Below are positions 20,365 to 30,156 of a stretch of DNA of 64,000 nucleotides, one piece after another. The notes beneath the pieces were generated by a model, which worked only from the letters and a program-made list of their open reading frames with translations, was not told the origin of the DNA and did not search any database. Position 1 is the stretch's first letter. Each line of letters opens with the position of its first letter. A program made the position numbers and the translations under genes. The DNA comes from Rubripirellula sp. (GTDB lineage: Bacteria; Planctomycetota; Planctomycetia; Pirellulales; Pirellulaceae), in assembly GCA_965216875.1 (NCBI GenBank), contig OZ244207.1:480001-544000 (forward strand), in the 5' to 3' direction.

Positions 20365-21072
20365 ATGATTGCGACAGCCACAATGCCGACCAGCACATTG
20401 ACGCTACCACAACCAACGTCCATGTCTGCCCAACAAACCATTGAATGGGCCGACGAGCATTTTGGCGACGGTCTCGTGATGAGCACCAGTTTTGGCATCC
20501 AATCCGCAGTGACTTTGCATTTGGTCACACAGGTCCGACCAAACATCCCCGTGATCTGGGTCGATACGGGATACCTTCCCGAGCGGACGTACCACTATGC
20601 AAACGACCTTACCCAGCGACTGAACCTCAACTTGCATGTCGCTCGCTCGCCAATGTCACCGGCGCTGATGGAGCGCCGCTACGGACGGTTGTGGGAAAGC
20701 GACCAATTGGAAGACCTCAACCTGTACGATCAGATCCGCAAAGTGCAGCCGATGCAAACGGCGCTAGACGAGTTGGGGGCGACCGGATGGATCTCTGGCA
20801 TTCGTGCTGACCAAACCGATTACCGACGGAACTTGAACAAAGTCAAACAAACCGAAAACCGGACTCGCGTCTATCCGATCCTCGATTGGTCGTCGCGTGA
20901 TGTGTACTACTACATGAAACAGTTTGCATTGCCACAGCATCCGCTCTTCGACGAAGGCTATGAAACGGTCGGAGACGCTCATTCGAGCCGTCCTGTCAAT
21001 CAATGGGATACCGACGCGCGAGACAGCCGGTTCCGAGGCAAGAAGCAAGAATGTGGTCTGCACATCGCGTAA
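20365..21072 (+). CDS. cysH: Phosphoadenylyl-sulfate (PAPS) reductase
   Basis: STSFGIQS, WVDTGY, RKVQP, SGIRADQT, terminal ECGLH; lacks the CC...CxxC Fe-S motif of APS reductases. Confidence 0.9.
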   Translation: MIATATMPTSTLTLPQPTSMSAQQTIEWADEHFGDGLVMSTSFGIQSAVTLHLVTQVRPNIPVIWVDTGYLPERTYHYANDLTQRLNLNLHVARSPMSPALMERRYGRLWESDQLEDLNLYDQIRKVQPMQTALDELGATGWISGIRADQTDYRRNLNKVKQTENRTRVYPILDWSSRDVYYYMKQFALPQHPLFDEGYETVGDAHSSRPVNQWDTDARDSRFRGKKQECGLHIA

Positions 21073-21096
21073 ACGCAGTGATGAGCTTGATCCGTC

Positions 21097-21152
21097 GTAG
21101 TACCGAGCTTTAGCCGGAATCTTCACGTTCTGCCGCCTGAAGGCGGGACTAC
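21097..21152. repeat. REPIN-like element family F3 (GTAGTCCCGCCTTCAGGCGG type)
   Basis: GTAGTACCGAGCTTTAGCCGG ... CCGCCTGAAGGCGGGACTAC inverted pair. Confidence 0.6.
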
Positions 21153-21179
21153 AAACGGGGCGCGGTTTGGAAGAGAAGA

Positions 21180-21302
21180 CCACCTTCTGGCGAAGGTAGC
21201 TACAAAGAGGCGTTCGAGCAGCCCGTAGCTACGCTCGCCAGAGCGTGGTGAAGCGTTGAGTGTTTTGCGAAGAGAAGAGCACCTTCTGGCGAAGGTAGCT
21301 AC
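21180..21302. repeat. F2 REP cluster (three REP arms)
   Basis: Arms at 21180-21203, 21225-21248 and 21279-21302 with essentially the same 21-bp linker as the 28.7-kb array. Confidence 0.88.
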
Positions 21303-21313
21303 AAAAACCGGTA

Positions 21314-22267
21314 TCACTTCCGTGCTGCTGCCAAAACCTGATTCATCCATTGCCAAGTTTTCGTTCGGTAGCGACTTGGTTTAAGAAGCCACGTATCGTT
21401 GTGAGCCGCTTTGGCAAACGCGTTAGGGAAAGGGCCAAGGGCCTCGGCCGTTTTCACGTCACTGAATGTGAAGTTTGATGTTGGTCCAAGCACTGAACGA
21501 ACGAAGGCTTCGGATGCTGCGCTCGTTCCATTTTGACTGACCAAGTAAGGGCGGTCACGGACTTGCTTGAGTCGCACTGCTGCATCTTGTTGATACGTTG
21601 CAAGTGGTGATCCCCAGTCGGTTCCTCGCCACTCTCGGACTCCATCGAAGTGGTCGTGGGTGACAAATGCGGTCCACAGTTTCGAAACCTCGTCATCGTG
21701 CAGGCCAAGGAAGTTGACGCCGATGGCGCCCCGGGAAAATCCACACAGGAACACGGCATTCGGGTCGCCGTTGTAGGACTTGAGAATTGAGGGCACGTTT
21801 CTTTTTGCGTAGGCGATTGTTGCGCCGACATCGCCCCACCACGTCCGCTGGTTGTCCTTGCCATCGTTGCTGATGTAGGGAAGTGAAACCCAGATAAACT
21901 TGCCAGCGGACAAACCGTACCCCAGCCCGGCGTCTTCGGGCTCGCCGCTTGAGCCGCTTGCCGGAAAGAGATTCCCGGTGTATTCGAAGATCACCGGAAG
22001 CGGTTGGGAGTCGGGACGCCAATTCGGCGGCAGGTACAACGTGTGGAAAACGTCTGTGTCCGCGTATTGGCTGGTGCGTACGATGACGCGTTTTCCGGCG
22101 CCCGGTTCACCATCGCTCAATGGGGGAACCTTCAAAACGAGCTGCGAGTCGACGTCGAGCAACGGACCCTCTGCTGAGGCGTTTGAGGCCAGCGCGAGCA
22201 GGAGCAGGAAACTGAGTAGGCGTACCAACGGAAGATCCTGGGTGTGTTTTCGAAACCGTTTGATCAC
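21314..22267 (-). CDS. Exported alpha/beta-hydrolase-fold protein
   Basis: Signal peptide; LYLPPNW, GFSRG nucleophile elbow, distal His; start uncertain. Confidence 0.65.
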   Translation of the reverse strand: MIKRFRKHTQDLPLVRLLSFLLLLALASNASAEGPLLDVDSQLVLKVPPLSDGEPGAGKRVIVRTSQYADTDVFHTLYLPPNWRPDSQPLPVIFEYTGNLFPASGSSGEPEDAGLGYGLSAGKFIWVSLPYISNDGKDNQRTWWGDVGATIAYAKRNVPSILKSYNGDPNAVFLCGFSRGAIGVNFLGLHDDEVSKLWTAFVTHDHFDGVREWRGTDWGSPLATYQQDAAVRLKQVRDRPYLVSQNGTSAASEAFVRSVLGPTSNFTFSDVKTAEALGPFPNAFAKAAHNDTWLLKPSRYRTKTWQWMNQVLAAARK

Positions 22268-22370
22268 GTTTTGTGGCCGTTGGGCAAAGCGCCCTCATGG
22301 ACGTCCGGCGCACCGTCAAACAGAATACCCTCCTACAAAACTTACGCGATGATTCGAAATTGAAATTAGC

Positions 22371-23261
22371 ATGCTTCAGGGCATTTTTCCGGTCATTCCG
22401 ACCCTCTTTACTGACGCCGACGAAATCGATGCCGAAGCCGTTTGCTCGGTCGTTCGGTTTGCACTCGATGCGGGGGCCCATGGGATTGTGTTCCCTGGCG
22501 TTGCGAGCGAATACAACTTCTTGACCGTCGACGAACGCAATTCGCTGATGACGGCGGTTCACGACGAGGTTGCTGGACGCGTGCCAATCATCGGTGGGGC
22601 GAGTGCACCGACCAGTGAAGAGGTCATCACGGTCGGTCAGAACGCGATCGATCACGGAATCGAACATCTGATGATCATGGCGCCGAATCGACTGGGTGAT
22701 GACGTTAGCGCGCACCAGGCTTTTTTCGCAGACGTCAGCCGCGGTTTGCCCCAAGCCGAGATCCTGCTGCAAAACGCGCCGTCGCCCATCGGCGCGGGAC
22801 TCGATGCCGATTCCATCATTGCGATCGCGACGTCGAATCCGGCGATCACCTACGTCAAAGAAGAAACGCTTCCCTCGGGGCCGACGATCACGAAGGTCAT
22901 TGAATCCAAGGTCCCTCACCTCAAAGCGATGTTTGGCGGTGGGGGAGCGAGGTTCATTGTCGACGAACTTGCTCGAGGCGCGATGGCCGCCTTGCCGGCC
23001 GTCGAATTGACCGACCTACACGTTGCGATTTACAACGCATTTGTGGAAGGTGACCAAACACATGCGCGACATCTGTACCGGCTCAGCCTGCCTTTGTTGC
23101 TCTGTCAATCGATCTACCGGATGCGGCTGACCAAATACGTCTTGAAGCTGCGAGGAGTTGCGGATCGCCAACGAGTACGAGCGGCCTTGCCGGAGATGGA
23201 CGCTCACACTCAACGCGACATTGATGCAATGTGGGAACAGTTGCGGAGCGATTTTGCATGA
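22371..23261 (+). CDS. DapA/DHDPS-family aldolase or keto-deoxy-acid dehydratase
   Basis: GIFPVIPT, GVASE, ILLQNAP, YVKEE (Schiff-base Lys). Confidence 0.85.
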   Translation: MLQGIFPVIPTLFTDADEIDAEAVCSVVRFALDAGAHGIVFPGVASEYNFLTVDERNSLMTAVHDEVAGRVPIIGGASAPTSEEVITVGQNAIDHGIEHLMIMAPNRLGDDVSAHQAFFADVSRGLPQAEILLQNAPSPIGAGLDADSIIAIATSNPAITYVKEETLPSGPTITKVIESKVPHLKAMFGGGGARFIVDELARGAMAALPAVELTDLHVAIYNAFVEGDQTHARHLYRLSLPLLLCQSIYRMRLTKYVLKLRGVADRQRVRAALPEMDAHTQRDIDAMWEQLRSDFA

Positions 23262-24457
23262 CCGCAACTGACCCGCAGAGTCACATTGACCCGGTTGAAG
23301 CGATCGAGGTCTATGTCGTCGATTTGCGTCAAGACAAACCGTACCTGGGCGATTTGCGCGACGGCGAAACGGTCAATGCAAACGGCTACTTCGTTCGCAA
23401 AGGGAATCGAACGGTTTATCCACGCAGCAATCGTTCGCTCGTGGTGCGCGTCGTGACCGAGCAGGGTGTCGAAGGGTGGGGGGAAACGTACGGCTTGGTC
23501 GCACCGCAAGCAACCGCCGCGATCATCAATGATCTCCTCGCCAGTTTCGTGATCGGGCGTCATGCTGGCGAACGAGAATCCTTGCACGACGAACTCTTTG
23601 ACTTGATGCGCGTGCGAGGTTACACCGGGGGATTCTATGTCGATGCACTCGCAGCCATCGACATCGCACTTTGGGATATCGCCGGCAAGCAGGCCGGATT
23701 GTCCGTCGCTCAATTGGCGGGGGGCGTCCAGCACGAAACAATCGCGGCCTACGTCTCGGGCCTTCCTGAAAAGACGCTCGCCCAGCGGTGTGACCTTGCC
23801 GAGCGATGGCAGGAACGAGGATTCGACTCGTTCAAATTTGCGATGCCGGTTGCCGACGATGGAGTGGTTCACGAATTGCGTGCGCTGCGTGAGCGACTTG
23901 GCGAATCCGCAAAGATCGCATGCGACATGCACTGGGCTTTCGATGCGGACGAAGCGATCGAGATTGCGAAACAAACGGCGGGTGACCGCCCTTGGTTTCT
24001 CGAGGCCCCCGTTGCCCCTGAAGAAATTGCACAACTGTGCCGCGTCGCTCAAGAAAGTGGCCAGACCATCGCGGCGGGTGAAGAGTGGCGGACGCTGTTC
24101 GATGCAAAGCTCCGCATTGACGCCGGCGCCTGCCACATTGTTCAGCCTGAAATGGGGCACACGGGAATCACTCAGTTCTTGCGAATCGGCCGGTATGCTC
24201 AATCGCGAAACGTTCCAGTGATCCCACACGCAACCATCGGGTCGGGCATCTTTCTGGCCGCCAGTTTGCAGGCGAGCGCCGCACTAGGTGGGGTGGTGGC
24301 ACATGAGTTTCAGCATTCGATCTTTGAGCCTTTCCGGTACTTTACCGGAGACGCGTTGACCTGTGAAAAGGGCAGGTACAGCATTCCACGTGGACATGGT
24401 CTTGGCGTCGAGCCGTCGGATCAAATGCGTTCTCACATGCAGCGGATTAAGCCATGA
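23258..24457 (+). CDS. Mandelate racemase/muconate lactonizing (enolase superfamily) enzyme, probable sugar-acid dehydratase/isomerase
   Basis: GVEGWGE, AAIDIALWDIAGK, D/E/E ligands (CDMH, LEAP, GEE), GLGVE; ATGA coupling. Confidence 0.87.
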   Translation: MTATDPQSHIDPVEAIEVYVVDLRQDKPYLGDLRDGETVNANGYFVRKGNRTVYPRSNRSLVVRVVTEQGVEGWGETYGLVAPQATAAIINDLLASFVIGRHAGERESLHDELFDLMRVRGYTGGFYVDALAAIDIALWDIAGKQAGLSVAQLAGGVQHETIAAYVSGLPEKTLAQRCDLAERWQERGFDSFKFAMPVADDGVVHELRALRERLGESAKIACDMHWAFDADEAIEIAKQTAGDRPWFLEAPVAPEEIAQLCRVAQESGQTIAAGEEWRTLFDAKLRIDAGACHIVQPEMGHTGITQFLRIGRYAQSRNVPVIPHATIGSGIFLAASLQASAALGGVVAHEFQHSIFEPFRYFTGDALTCEKGRYSIPRGHGLGVEPSDQMRSHMQRIKP

Positions 24458-26148
24458 CCACAGCCGATTACTTGACGCTGCTTTTGTACGTTGCCGGTGT
24501 TTTCGCAATCAGTACCTTTGCGGCGCGACGAACGCGAAGCCAAAAAGACATGTTCTCGGCTGGGGGCCAGTCCCCTTGGTGGGCATCAGGACTGAGCGGG
24601 TTCATGACGATGTTCTCGGCGGGAACGTTCGTTGTGTGGGGCGGCATTGCGTACGAGCTTGGTTTCGTCGCCGTCATGATCAACACATGTTACGGAATCG
24701 CCGCGTTGTTGGCGGGCTATTTCGTAGCCGGGCGCTGGAATCGGCTTGGAGTGGCAACGCCGGCCGAATATGTCAGTTTGAGGTTTGGCAAAACCGGATT
24801 GCACTTTTTCACTTGGACCATGTTGGTCAAGCGAATCTTGGGAGTGTCCGTTTCGCTGTACGCGCTTGCGGTATTGCTTGTCGCGATCATTCCGATCGAT
24901 CAAACACTTGCGATCGTTTTGTTCGGCGGCATTGTCATCTTGTACACAATGCAAGGTGGCCTTTGGGCCGTTCTGATGACCGACGTTTTGCAGTTCATCG
25001 TGTTGACCGTTGTTGTTTTCATGGTTGCCCTGATGATGTTGGGTAACTTTCATGACTTCGCCGATTTCGCAACCAAGGTGCCCGACACCTTTTTCAAACC
25101 GGTCGCCGGACAATACGGTTGGTTCTTTCTGTTCGGTTGGGTCACGATCCACTTTTTCATGATCGGAGCCGAGTGGGCTTTTGTGCAAAGGTTCATTGCC
25201 GTTCGCTCACCCGCGGACGCGAGGAAGTCGGCCTACCTGTTTGGCGTCATGTATTTGCTGACGCCGTTGTTCTGGCTGTTGCCGCCGATTTTGTTTCGCG
25301 CCCAAGTGCCTGATGCCAACAAAGAAGAGGCCTACATTCTGGCGGCCCAATCGGTGCTTCCACCCGGTGTTTTAGGGTTGATGGTGGCGGCGATGTTCAG
25401 TGCCACCGCGAGTATGGTGAGTAGTCAGCTCAATGTTTTTGCGGGAGTCCTCACCAACGATTTCTACAAGACGCTCGTGGCGCCTGACGCATCAGAAAAA
25501 ACGCTCGTGCGCATGGGACGGTTTTTCACGGTCCTGCTTGGAACGCTGCTCGTCTTTACTGCCGTTATGGTGCCCTACCTGGGCGGGGCCGAAAAGTTGA
25601 TCATCTCAATCAATTCTCTTCTGGTTGTTCCGCTCTTTGCGCCCACTCTGTGGGGGCTGTTTAGCAAACGGATCGGGATTCGTGAAATGATCATCGTTGC
25701 GCTGACCAGCTTCGCGATCGGGCTCACTCTCCGATTCGGATTTGCCACCAACCCCTATATCACGAGTGATTCTTCGCTGTACGGATTCGCCTCGTTCCTT
25801 TCAGAGAACTCAAAGAAGGTCGAGGTGGTTGTCGGTGTGTTGATTCCAATCATCATGCTGATCGGGTTTGAAATGGCATCCCGCCGCGAGGATAGCGGCG
25901 CGAAGTTGCTCGAGGAACACTTCGATCAACACTCTGATGCAGCAGGCGATTCGGGCAGCGAAGTGTTTGACCCGTTCCCAGCAAGAATGGTCATGTTTAG
26001 CATGCTTGTGATGGCAATTTGGATGCTGCTGTTGGCGCTCTCTGTCGATAGCGGCCATGCGGCTCTGTACTCGTTGAGCATCGTGCTGTTGGCTGCTTCA
26101 GGGATTGTGGGCGCCGCCATTGGTATTGCCAAAGGTAGGAACGCCTGA
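24454..26148 (+). CDS. Sodium:solute symporter (SSS) family transporter
   Basis: GGLWAVLMTDVLQF, QRFIA, GLMVAAMFSATAS; many TMs. Confidence 0.9.
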   Translation: MTTADYLTLLLYVAGVFAISTFAARRTRSQKDMFSAGGQSPWWASGLSGFMTMFSAGTFVVWGGIAYELGFVAVMINTCYGIAALLAGYFVAGRWNRLGVATPAEYVSLRFGKTGLHFFTWTMLVKRILGVSVSLYALAVLLVAIIPIDQTLAIVLFGGIVILYTMQGGLWAVLMTDVLQFIVLTVVVFMVALMMLGNFHDFADFATKVPDTFFKPVAGQYGWFFLFGWVTIHFFMIGAEWAFVQRFIAVRSPADARKSAYLFGVMYLLTPLFWLLPPILFRAQVPDANKEEAYILAAQSVLPPGVLGLMVAAMFSATASMVSSQLNVFAGVLTNDFYKTLVAPDASEKTLVRMGRFFTVLLGTLLVFTAVMVPYLGGAEKLIISINSLLVVPLFAPTLWGLFSKRIGIREMIIVALTSFAIGLTLRFGFATNPYITSDSSLYGFASFLSENSKKVEVVVGVLIPIIMLIGFEMASRREDSGAKLLEEHFDQHSDAAGDSGSEVFDPFPARMVMFSMLVMAIWMLLLALSVDSGHAALYSLSIVLLAASGIVGAAIGIAKGRNA

Positions 26149-26170
26149 GCCTTTTTCCGGGACTGAATTG

Positions 26171-26824
26171 ATGGATGCGAGCATCAAAGAGAAGATCGTC
26201 CAGTCGGGGGTGGTCGCCGTCGTTACGATTGACGAACCTGAACAGGCCGCGCGTCTTGCCGAAACGTTGTTTGAAGGGGGGATCACCGCGATTGAGCTGA
26301 CCCTTCGCACGGACGACGCGCTCGCGGCGATTGAAGCGATCACTCGAAGTGTCCCGCAGATGTTGGTGGGTGCTGGAACCGTGCTTACGACGGCGCAGGT
26401 TCAGCAAGTCAAAGATGCTGGGGCATCGTTTGCTGTCGCTCCTGGATTGAATCGAAAGGTTGTGGATGCTGCTGCGAAGCTAGGCGTCCCCTTTGCGCCC
26501 GGCGTGGTCACACCGAGTGACATCGAAGCCGCTCTTGAAGCAGGCTGCCGGACTCTAAAATTCTTCCCGGCCGAGCCAAGCGGTGGGTTGGCCTACCTTG
26601 AGTCGATGGCGAAACCGTACGAGCATCTCGGATTGGATTTCATTCCACTTGGCGGCCTCAATCAACACAACAGCGTTGCCTACCTGCAGAGCCATTTGAT
26701 TTGTGCACTCGGTGGATCCTGGATCGCACCGAGAGACGATATTCGTAGTCAACGCTGGAGTGAGATTGGACAGCGGGCGACCGCGGCATCGGAAATGGTG
26801 GCAACCGTCCGAGGAAAAAGGTAA
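26171..26824 (+). CDS. eda: KDPG/KHG aldolase
   Basis: IELTLRT, GAGTV, PGVVTPSD, KFFPAE, PLGG, GGSW. Confidence 0.9.
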   Translation: MDASIKEKIVQSGVVAVVTIDEPEQAARLAETLFEGGITAIELTLRTDDALAAIEAITRSVPQMLVGAGTVLTTAQVQQVKDAGASFAVAPGLNRKVVDAAAKLGVPFAPGVVTPSDIEAALEAGCRTLKFFPAEPSGGLAYLESMAKPYEHLGLDFIPLGGLNQHNSVAYLQSHLICALGGSWIAPRDDIRSQRWSEIGQRATAASEMVATVRGKR

Positions 26825-26828
26825 AGCA

Positions 26829-27875
26829 ATGGCAAAAGTAGTCACCCTCGGCGAGATCATGTTGCGTTTGGCCATGCCCGGCCAATCGAGATTTGCGCAA
26901 GCCTTGCCGGGGTCCGTCACGGCCTCGTTTGCCGGTGCGGAAGCCAACTCCGCGGTGACGATCGCTCGTCTCGGTGGCGAAGTTCAGTTCGTGACGGCGT
27001 TGCCCGACGGACCGATTGGCGATGCATGCATCGCAGACCTGCGTCGATTTAAGGTTGGCGTTGAACACATCGTTCAAACTGAGGGAAGGCTGGGGATCTT
27101 TTACTTCGAAGCGGGTGTCAATCAACGCTCCGGACAGGTTGAATATGACCGAGATGACAGTTGCTCCGCAAAGGCACCGATCAGCGAATACAACTGGGAT
27201 GCCATCTTCGAAGGTGCATCGTGGCTTCTGATTTCTGGCATCACGCCCGCGATTTCGGAAGTTGCCAAGGAGGTGACGAAGTATGCGATGACGGAAGCAC
27301 GCCGCCGCGGAATCAAGGTCGCCTTCGACGTCAACTTTCGCGCAAAGCTCTGGCAATGGGATGATGATCGTAAACCAGAGCAATTGGCGTCCGATGTCTT
27401 GTGCGAGCTGACCCACCACTGCGATCTGTTGCTCTGCGGCAAGCAGGATGCGATCAAGTTCTATGGCATCGATGGCGAAATGGCGGCAGAGGAGATTCCG
27501 GCAGAGCTCGCAGCGCGATATGAAAACCTGCGATGGATCGCCTCGAGTGTTCGCAATCAACCGCCTGATTCCAGTAAGACTTATGGTGGGATTTTGTTCG
27601 ACTGCAGCGAAGGCCAACTGCATCGAGCGCCAAACGAAGGTGGTTATGCGATCGATGAAGTCGTTGATCGTCTCGGCATTGGCGACGCGTTTGCGGGAAC
27701 GCTCGTGTGGCATCTGGCGAATCGGTCTCAGGATTCGCCTGCCGAAGCGATCGAGTACGCGGCCGCTGCAGGTTGCTTGGCGCACACGATCGAAGGTGAT
27801 TATGGGTTGGTGACGCTGGCGGAAGTCGAGTCGCTCGTCAACAGCGGCGGATTTCACGGTCGCGTTGATCGTTAG
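26829..27875 (+). CDS. kdgK: 2-keto-3-deoxygluconate kinase (PfkB family)
   Basis: GEIMLRL, GAEAN, ISGITPA, FDVNFRAKLW, DRLGIGDAF. Confidence 0.85.
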   Translation: MAKVVTLGEIMLRLAMPGQSRFAQALPGSVTASFAGAEANSAVTIARLGGEVQFVTALPDGPIGDACIADLRRFKVGVEHIVQTEGRLGIFYFEAGVNQRSGQVEYDRDDSCSAKAPISEYNWDAIFEGASWLLISGITPAISEVAKEVTKYAMTEARRRGIKVAFDVNFRAKLWQWDDDRKPEQLASDVLCELTHHCDLLLCGKQDAIKFYGIDGEMAAEEIPAELAARYENLRWIASSVRNQPPDSSKTYGGILFDCSEGQLHRAPNEGGYAIDEVVDRLGIGDAFAGTLVWHLANRSQDSPAEAIEYAAAAGCLAHTIEGDYGLVTLAEVESLVNSGGFHGRVDR

Positions 27876-27893
27876 CGAATCGTTCGATGACCC

Positions 27894-27970
27894 GTAACGA
27901 CGCTCGCCAGAGCGTGGGGTGCTATCGATCGGTTTGCGTTGGAAGACCACCTTCTGGCGAAGGTAGCTAC
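27894..27970. repeat. REPIN family F2 downstream of RAYT 2
   Basis: Degenerate GTAACGAC head arm plus intact CCACCTTCTGGCGAAGGTAGCTAC arm. Confidence 0.85.
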
Positions 27971-27984
27971 GTTGGGTAGGCCCC

Positions 27985-28569
27985 CTATTTAACGTTCTCG
28001 CCACCAACCCGAGAAAGCCCCTTCGATCTCAAGAACGCATAGACCCTCCAGAATCGAGGCCAATAATCGGATTCCCAAAGATTTAGCTCCGGGTAGCCCG
28101 GAACAAGACAGCCCGTGTATTTGTATTTTCGAAAACCGTCGGGAGGTACGAGATCCTTGCGTTCCGGGTTACGCGCAACATACTCAACGAGTTGCTCGAA
28201 CGCAGTCTCCTTCCGTTCACTCTCGCGGAGAACATAATCATACGGTTGGTGTTGAAGCTTGAATCCCAGCTTTTCAAGCGGCGACCGGATATGTTTGCGG
28301 AAATACCTCAATGCATTTTGCTGGTCGGTTTGGTCGTCGATCCCAATCCAAACCATATGAATGTGGTCTGGCATCAGGCAATAAATGGGACACACCAGTG
28401 CATATCGGAACGAGGTGTGCGTGAGTAGCTCGCGGAATTTGTAGTTAAACGCTGGAATGAGCCATCCTGTTTGGCGATTGGCGATTGTCATCACCCAATG
28501 TACGTAGGCTTGCCCTCGATAGTGTTCTTGTTCAAGGCGAGATAGATGACCTGGAGTTTTACTCTTCAT
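27985..28569 (-). CDS. rayT: REP-associated tyrosine transposase (RAYT) 2, divergent, with C-terminal extension
   Basis: YCLMPDHIH (HUH), LQHQPYDYVLR, YVARNPERK (catalytic Tyr); F2 REPs on both sides; ATG 28569. Confidence 0.85.
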   Translation of the reverse strand: MKSKTPGHLSRLEQEHYRGQAYVHWVMTIANRQTGWLIPAFNYKFRELLTHTSFRYALVCPIYCLMPDHIHMVWIGIDDQTDQQNALRYFRKHIRSPLEKLGFKLQHQPYDYVLRESERKETAFEQLVEYVARNPERKDLVPPDGFRKYKYTGCLVPGYPELNLWESDYWPRFWRVYAFLRSKGLSRVGGENVK

Positions 28570-28661
28570 TCTTCGCTGCCCCAATGCGAGTGTGTGAACG
28601 CCAACTGAAATTGTAGGGGCAAAATGGACGGCGTATTCCGACGTCAAAGTGCTAGCAACCG

Positions 28662-29130
28662 GTAGCTGCGCTCGCCAGAGAGTGGGGTGCTATCGATGGG
28701 TTTGCGTTGGAAGACCACCGTCTGGCGACGGTAGCTACGAAGAGGCGTTCGAGCAGCCCGTAGCTACGCTCGCCAGAGCGTGGAGTGCTATCGAGCGGTT
28801 TGCGTTGGAAGACCACCTTCTGGCGAAGGTAGCTACGAAGAGGCGTTCGAGCGGCCCGTAGCTACGCTCGCCAGAGCGTGGGGTGCTATCGAGCGGTTTG
28901 CGTTGAAAGACCACCTTCTGGCGAAGGTAGCTACGAAGAAGTATTCGAGCGGCCCGTAGCTACGCTCGCCAGAGCGTGGGGTGCTATCGAGCGGTTTGCG
29001 TTGGAAGACCACCTTCTGGCGAAGGTAGCTACGAAGAGGCGTTCGAGCAGCCCGTAGCTACGCTCGCCAGAGCGTGGGGTGCTATCGAGCGGTTTGCGTT
29101 GGAAGACCACCGTCTGGCGACGGTAGCGAC
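28662..29130. repeat. BIME-like tandem array of five F2 REPIN units, 98-bp period
   Basis: GTAG heads at 28662, 28760, 28858, 28956, 29054; unit = 24-bp arm + 29-bp spacer + 24-bp inverted arm + 21-bp linker. Confidence 0.93.
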
Positions 29131-29138
29131 GGCGAATC

Positions 29139-30062
29139 CTACTTGGCTTCCCAGCCCACTTTGTTCATCTCGGCTAATGCGAGCAGCAGCGCTTGCGTAC
29201 CATCTTTCTCATGCCCTTGAGCGATGACGGCTTGATAGAGCTGGTGTGCCAAGGCGAGACCGGGAAGCGACAGGTTCATCGCGGCGGCTTCGTCGAGGGC
29301 GATCCGCATGTCTTTGACAAAGTGCTCGACGAAGAATCCGGGGTCAAAGTCGCCGTCGATCATGCGTGGTGCCAAGTTGGATAGCGACCAGCTTCCCGCT
29401 GCGCCCGACGAGACACTTTGCAATACGGTAGGCAGATCGAGTCCGACCTTGGTGGCGTACAACAAACCTTCGCAGACCGCGATCATGCCCGACGCGATCA
29501 GTGTTTGGTTGACCATCTTGGTGTGTTGCCCGCGGCCTGGGCCGCCCTGATGCACGATCGTTTTGCCCATCATTTGAAACAACGGGCCGATTCGGTCGAC
29601 GGCTTCTTTGTCGCCGCCGATCATGATCGACAGAGCTGCGTTGCGAGCACCGGTGTCGCCGCCACTGACGGGCGCGTCGATTGAAGCGACACCTTTCGCG
29701 GCGGCGGCTTCAGCGATTTCAACTGCAAGGGACGGTTTGCTCGTCGTCATGTCAACGATGGTGTTGCCGCTCTCGCAGCCCGCCAGCACACCTTGCTCGC
29801 CCAAGATGACCTCCTGGACATCGTTGGGGAAACCGACGATTGTGAAGACCACATCGCTTTGCTGGGCAACTTCTTTGGGAGTTGTGGCGAGCGTCGCCCC
29901 TTTCGCAACCAAGTCGTTCGTCTTTTCGGCGGTGCGGTTGTAGACGGTTGCCTTGTAACCAGCATCGATGAGATGCCCGCACATGCTGCGCCCCATCACA
30001 CCTGTGCCGATCCAGCCAATTCGAGTCGTTTCAGGTGCGATGTTGGAATTCGAATCGGTCAT
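29139..30062 (-). CDS. 3-hydroxyisobutyrate/tartronate-semialdehyde reductase family NAD(P) oxidoreductase
   Basis: [31 protein letters not shown]. Confidence 0.9.
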   Translation of the reverse strand: MTDSNSNIAPETTRIGWIGTGVMGRSMCGHLIDAGYKATVYNRTAEKTNDLVAKGATLATTPKEVAQQSDVVFTIVGFPNDVQEVILGEQGVLAGCESGNTIVDMTTSKPSLAVEIAEAAAAKGVASIDAPVSGGDTGARNAALSIMIGGDKEAVDRIGPLFQMMGKTIVHQGGPGRGQHTKMVNQTLIASGMIAVCEGLLYATKVGLDLPTVLQSVSSGAAGSWSLSNLAPRMIDGDFDPGFFVEHFVKDMRIALDEAAAMNLSLPGLALAHQLYQAVIAQGHEKDGTQALLLALAEMNKVGWEAK

Positions 30063-30156
30063 GATGTTCAAACGATTGGAGAGGAGAGGCGAAAGGGATC
30101 GACGAGAGATTTTCGCCAATCAAACGAGCGCTGGAAAGGGTGGCGCAAATCGCCGC

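Noticed and set aside
20365..21072. cysH-like gene as part of a phosphorothioate (DndC) or other defence system
   Set aside because: Typical size and terminal ECGLH of an assimilatory PAPS reductase; no dnd/ssp neighbours
26658..28007. Long antisense ORFs (449 aa here; also 42437-43669, 47404-48702, 50712-51740, 23210-24229, 63171-63950)
   Set aside because: Shadow frames opposite well-supported genes in GC-rich DNA, with no recognisable motifs
28662..29130. CRISPR array
   Set aside because: The spacers are near-identical between units, the repeats alternate in orientation, no cas genes are present, and the neighbour is a RAYT: this is a BIME/REPIN array
28649..29227. ORFs 28649-28861 and 28976-29227 (also 12808-13395, 13013-13261, 21123-21356, 47187-47381)
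   Set aside because: Translations of REP repeats or the tRNA (VATLARAW, GEAPAEP, VVDEATSP); no independent coding signal
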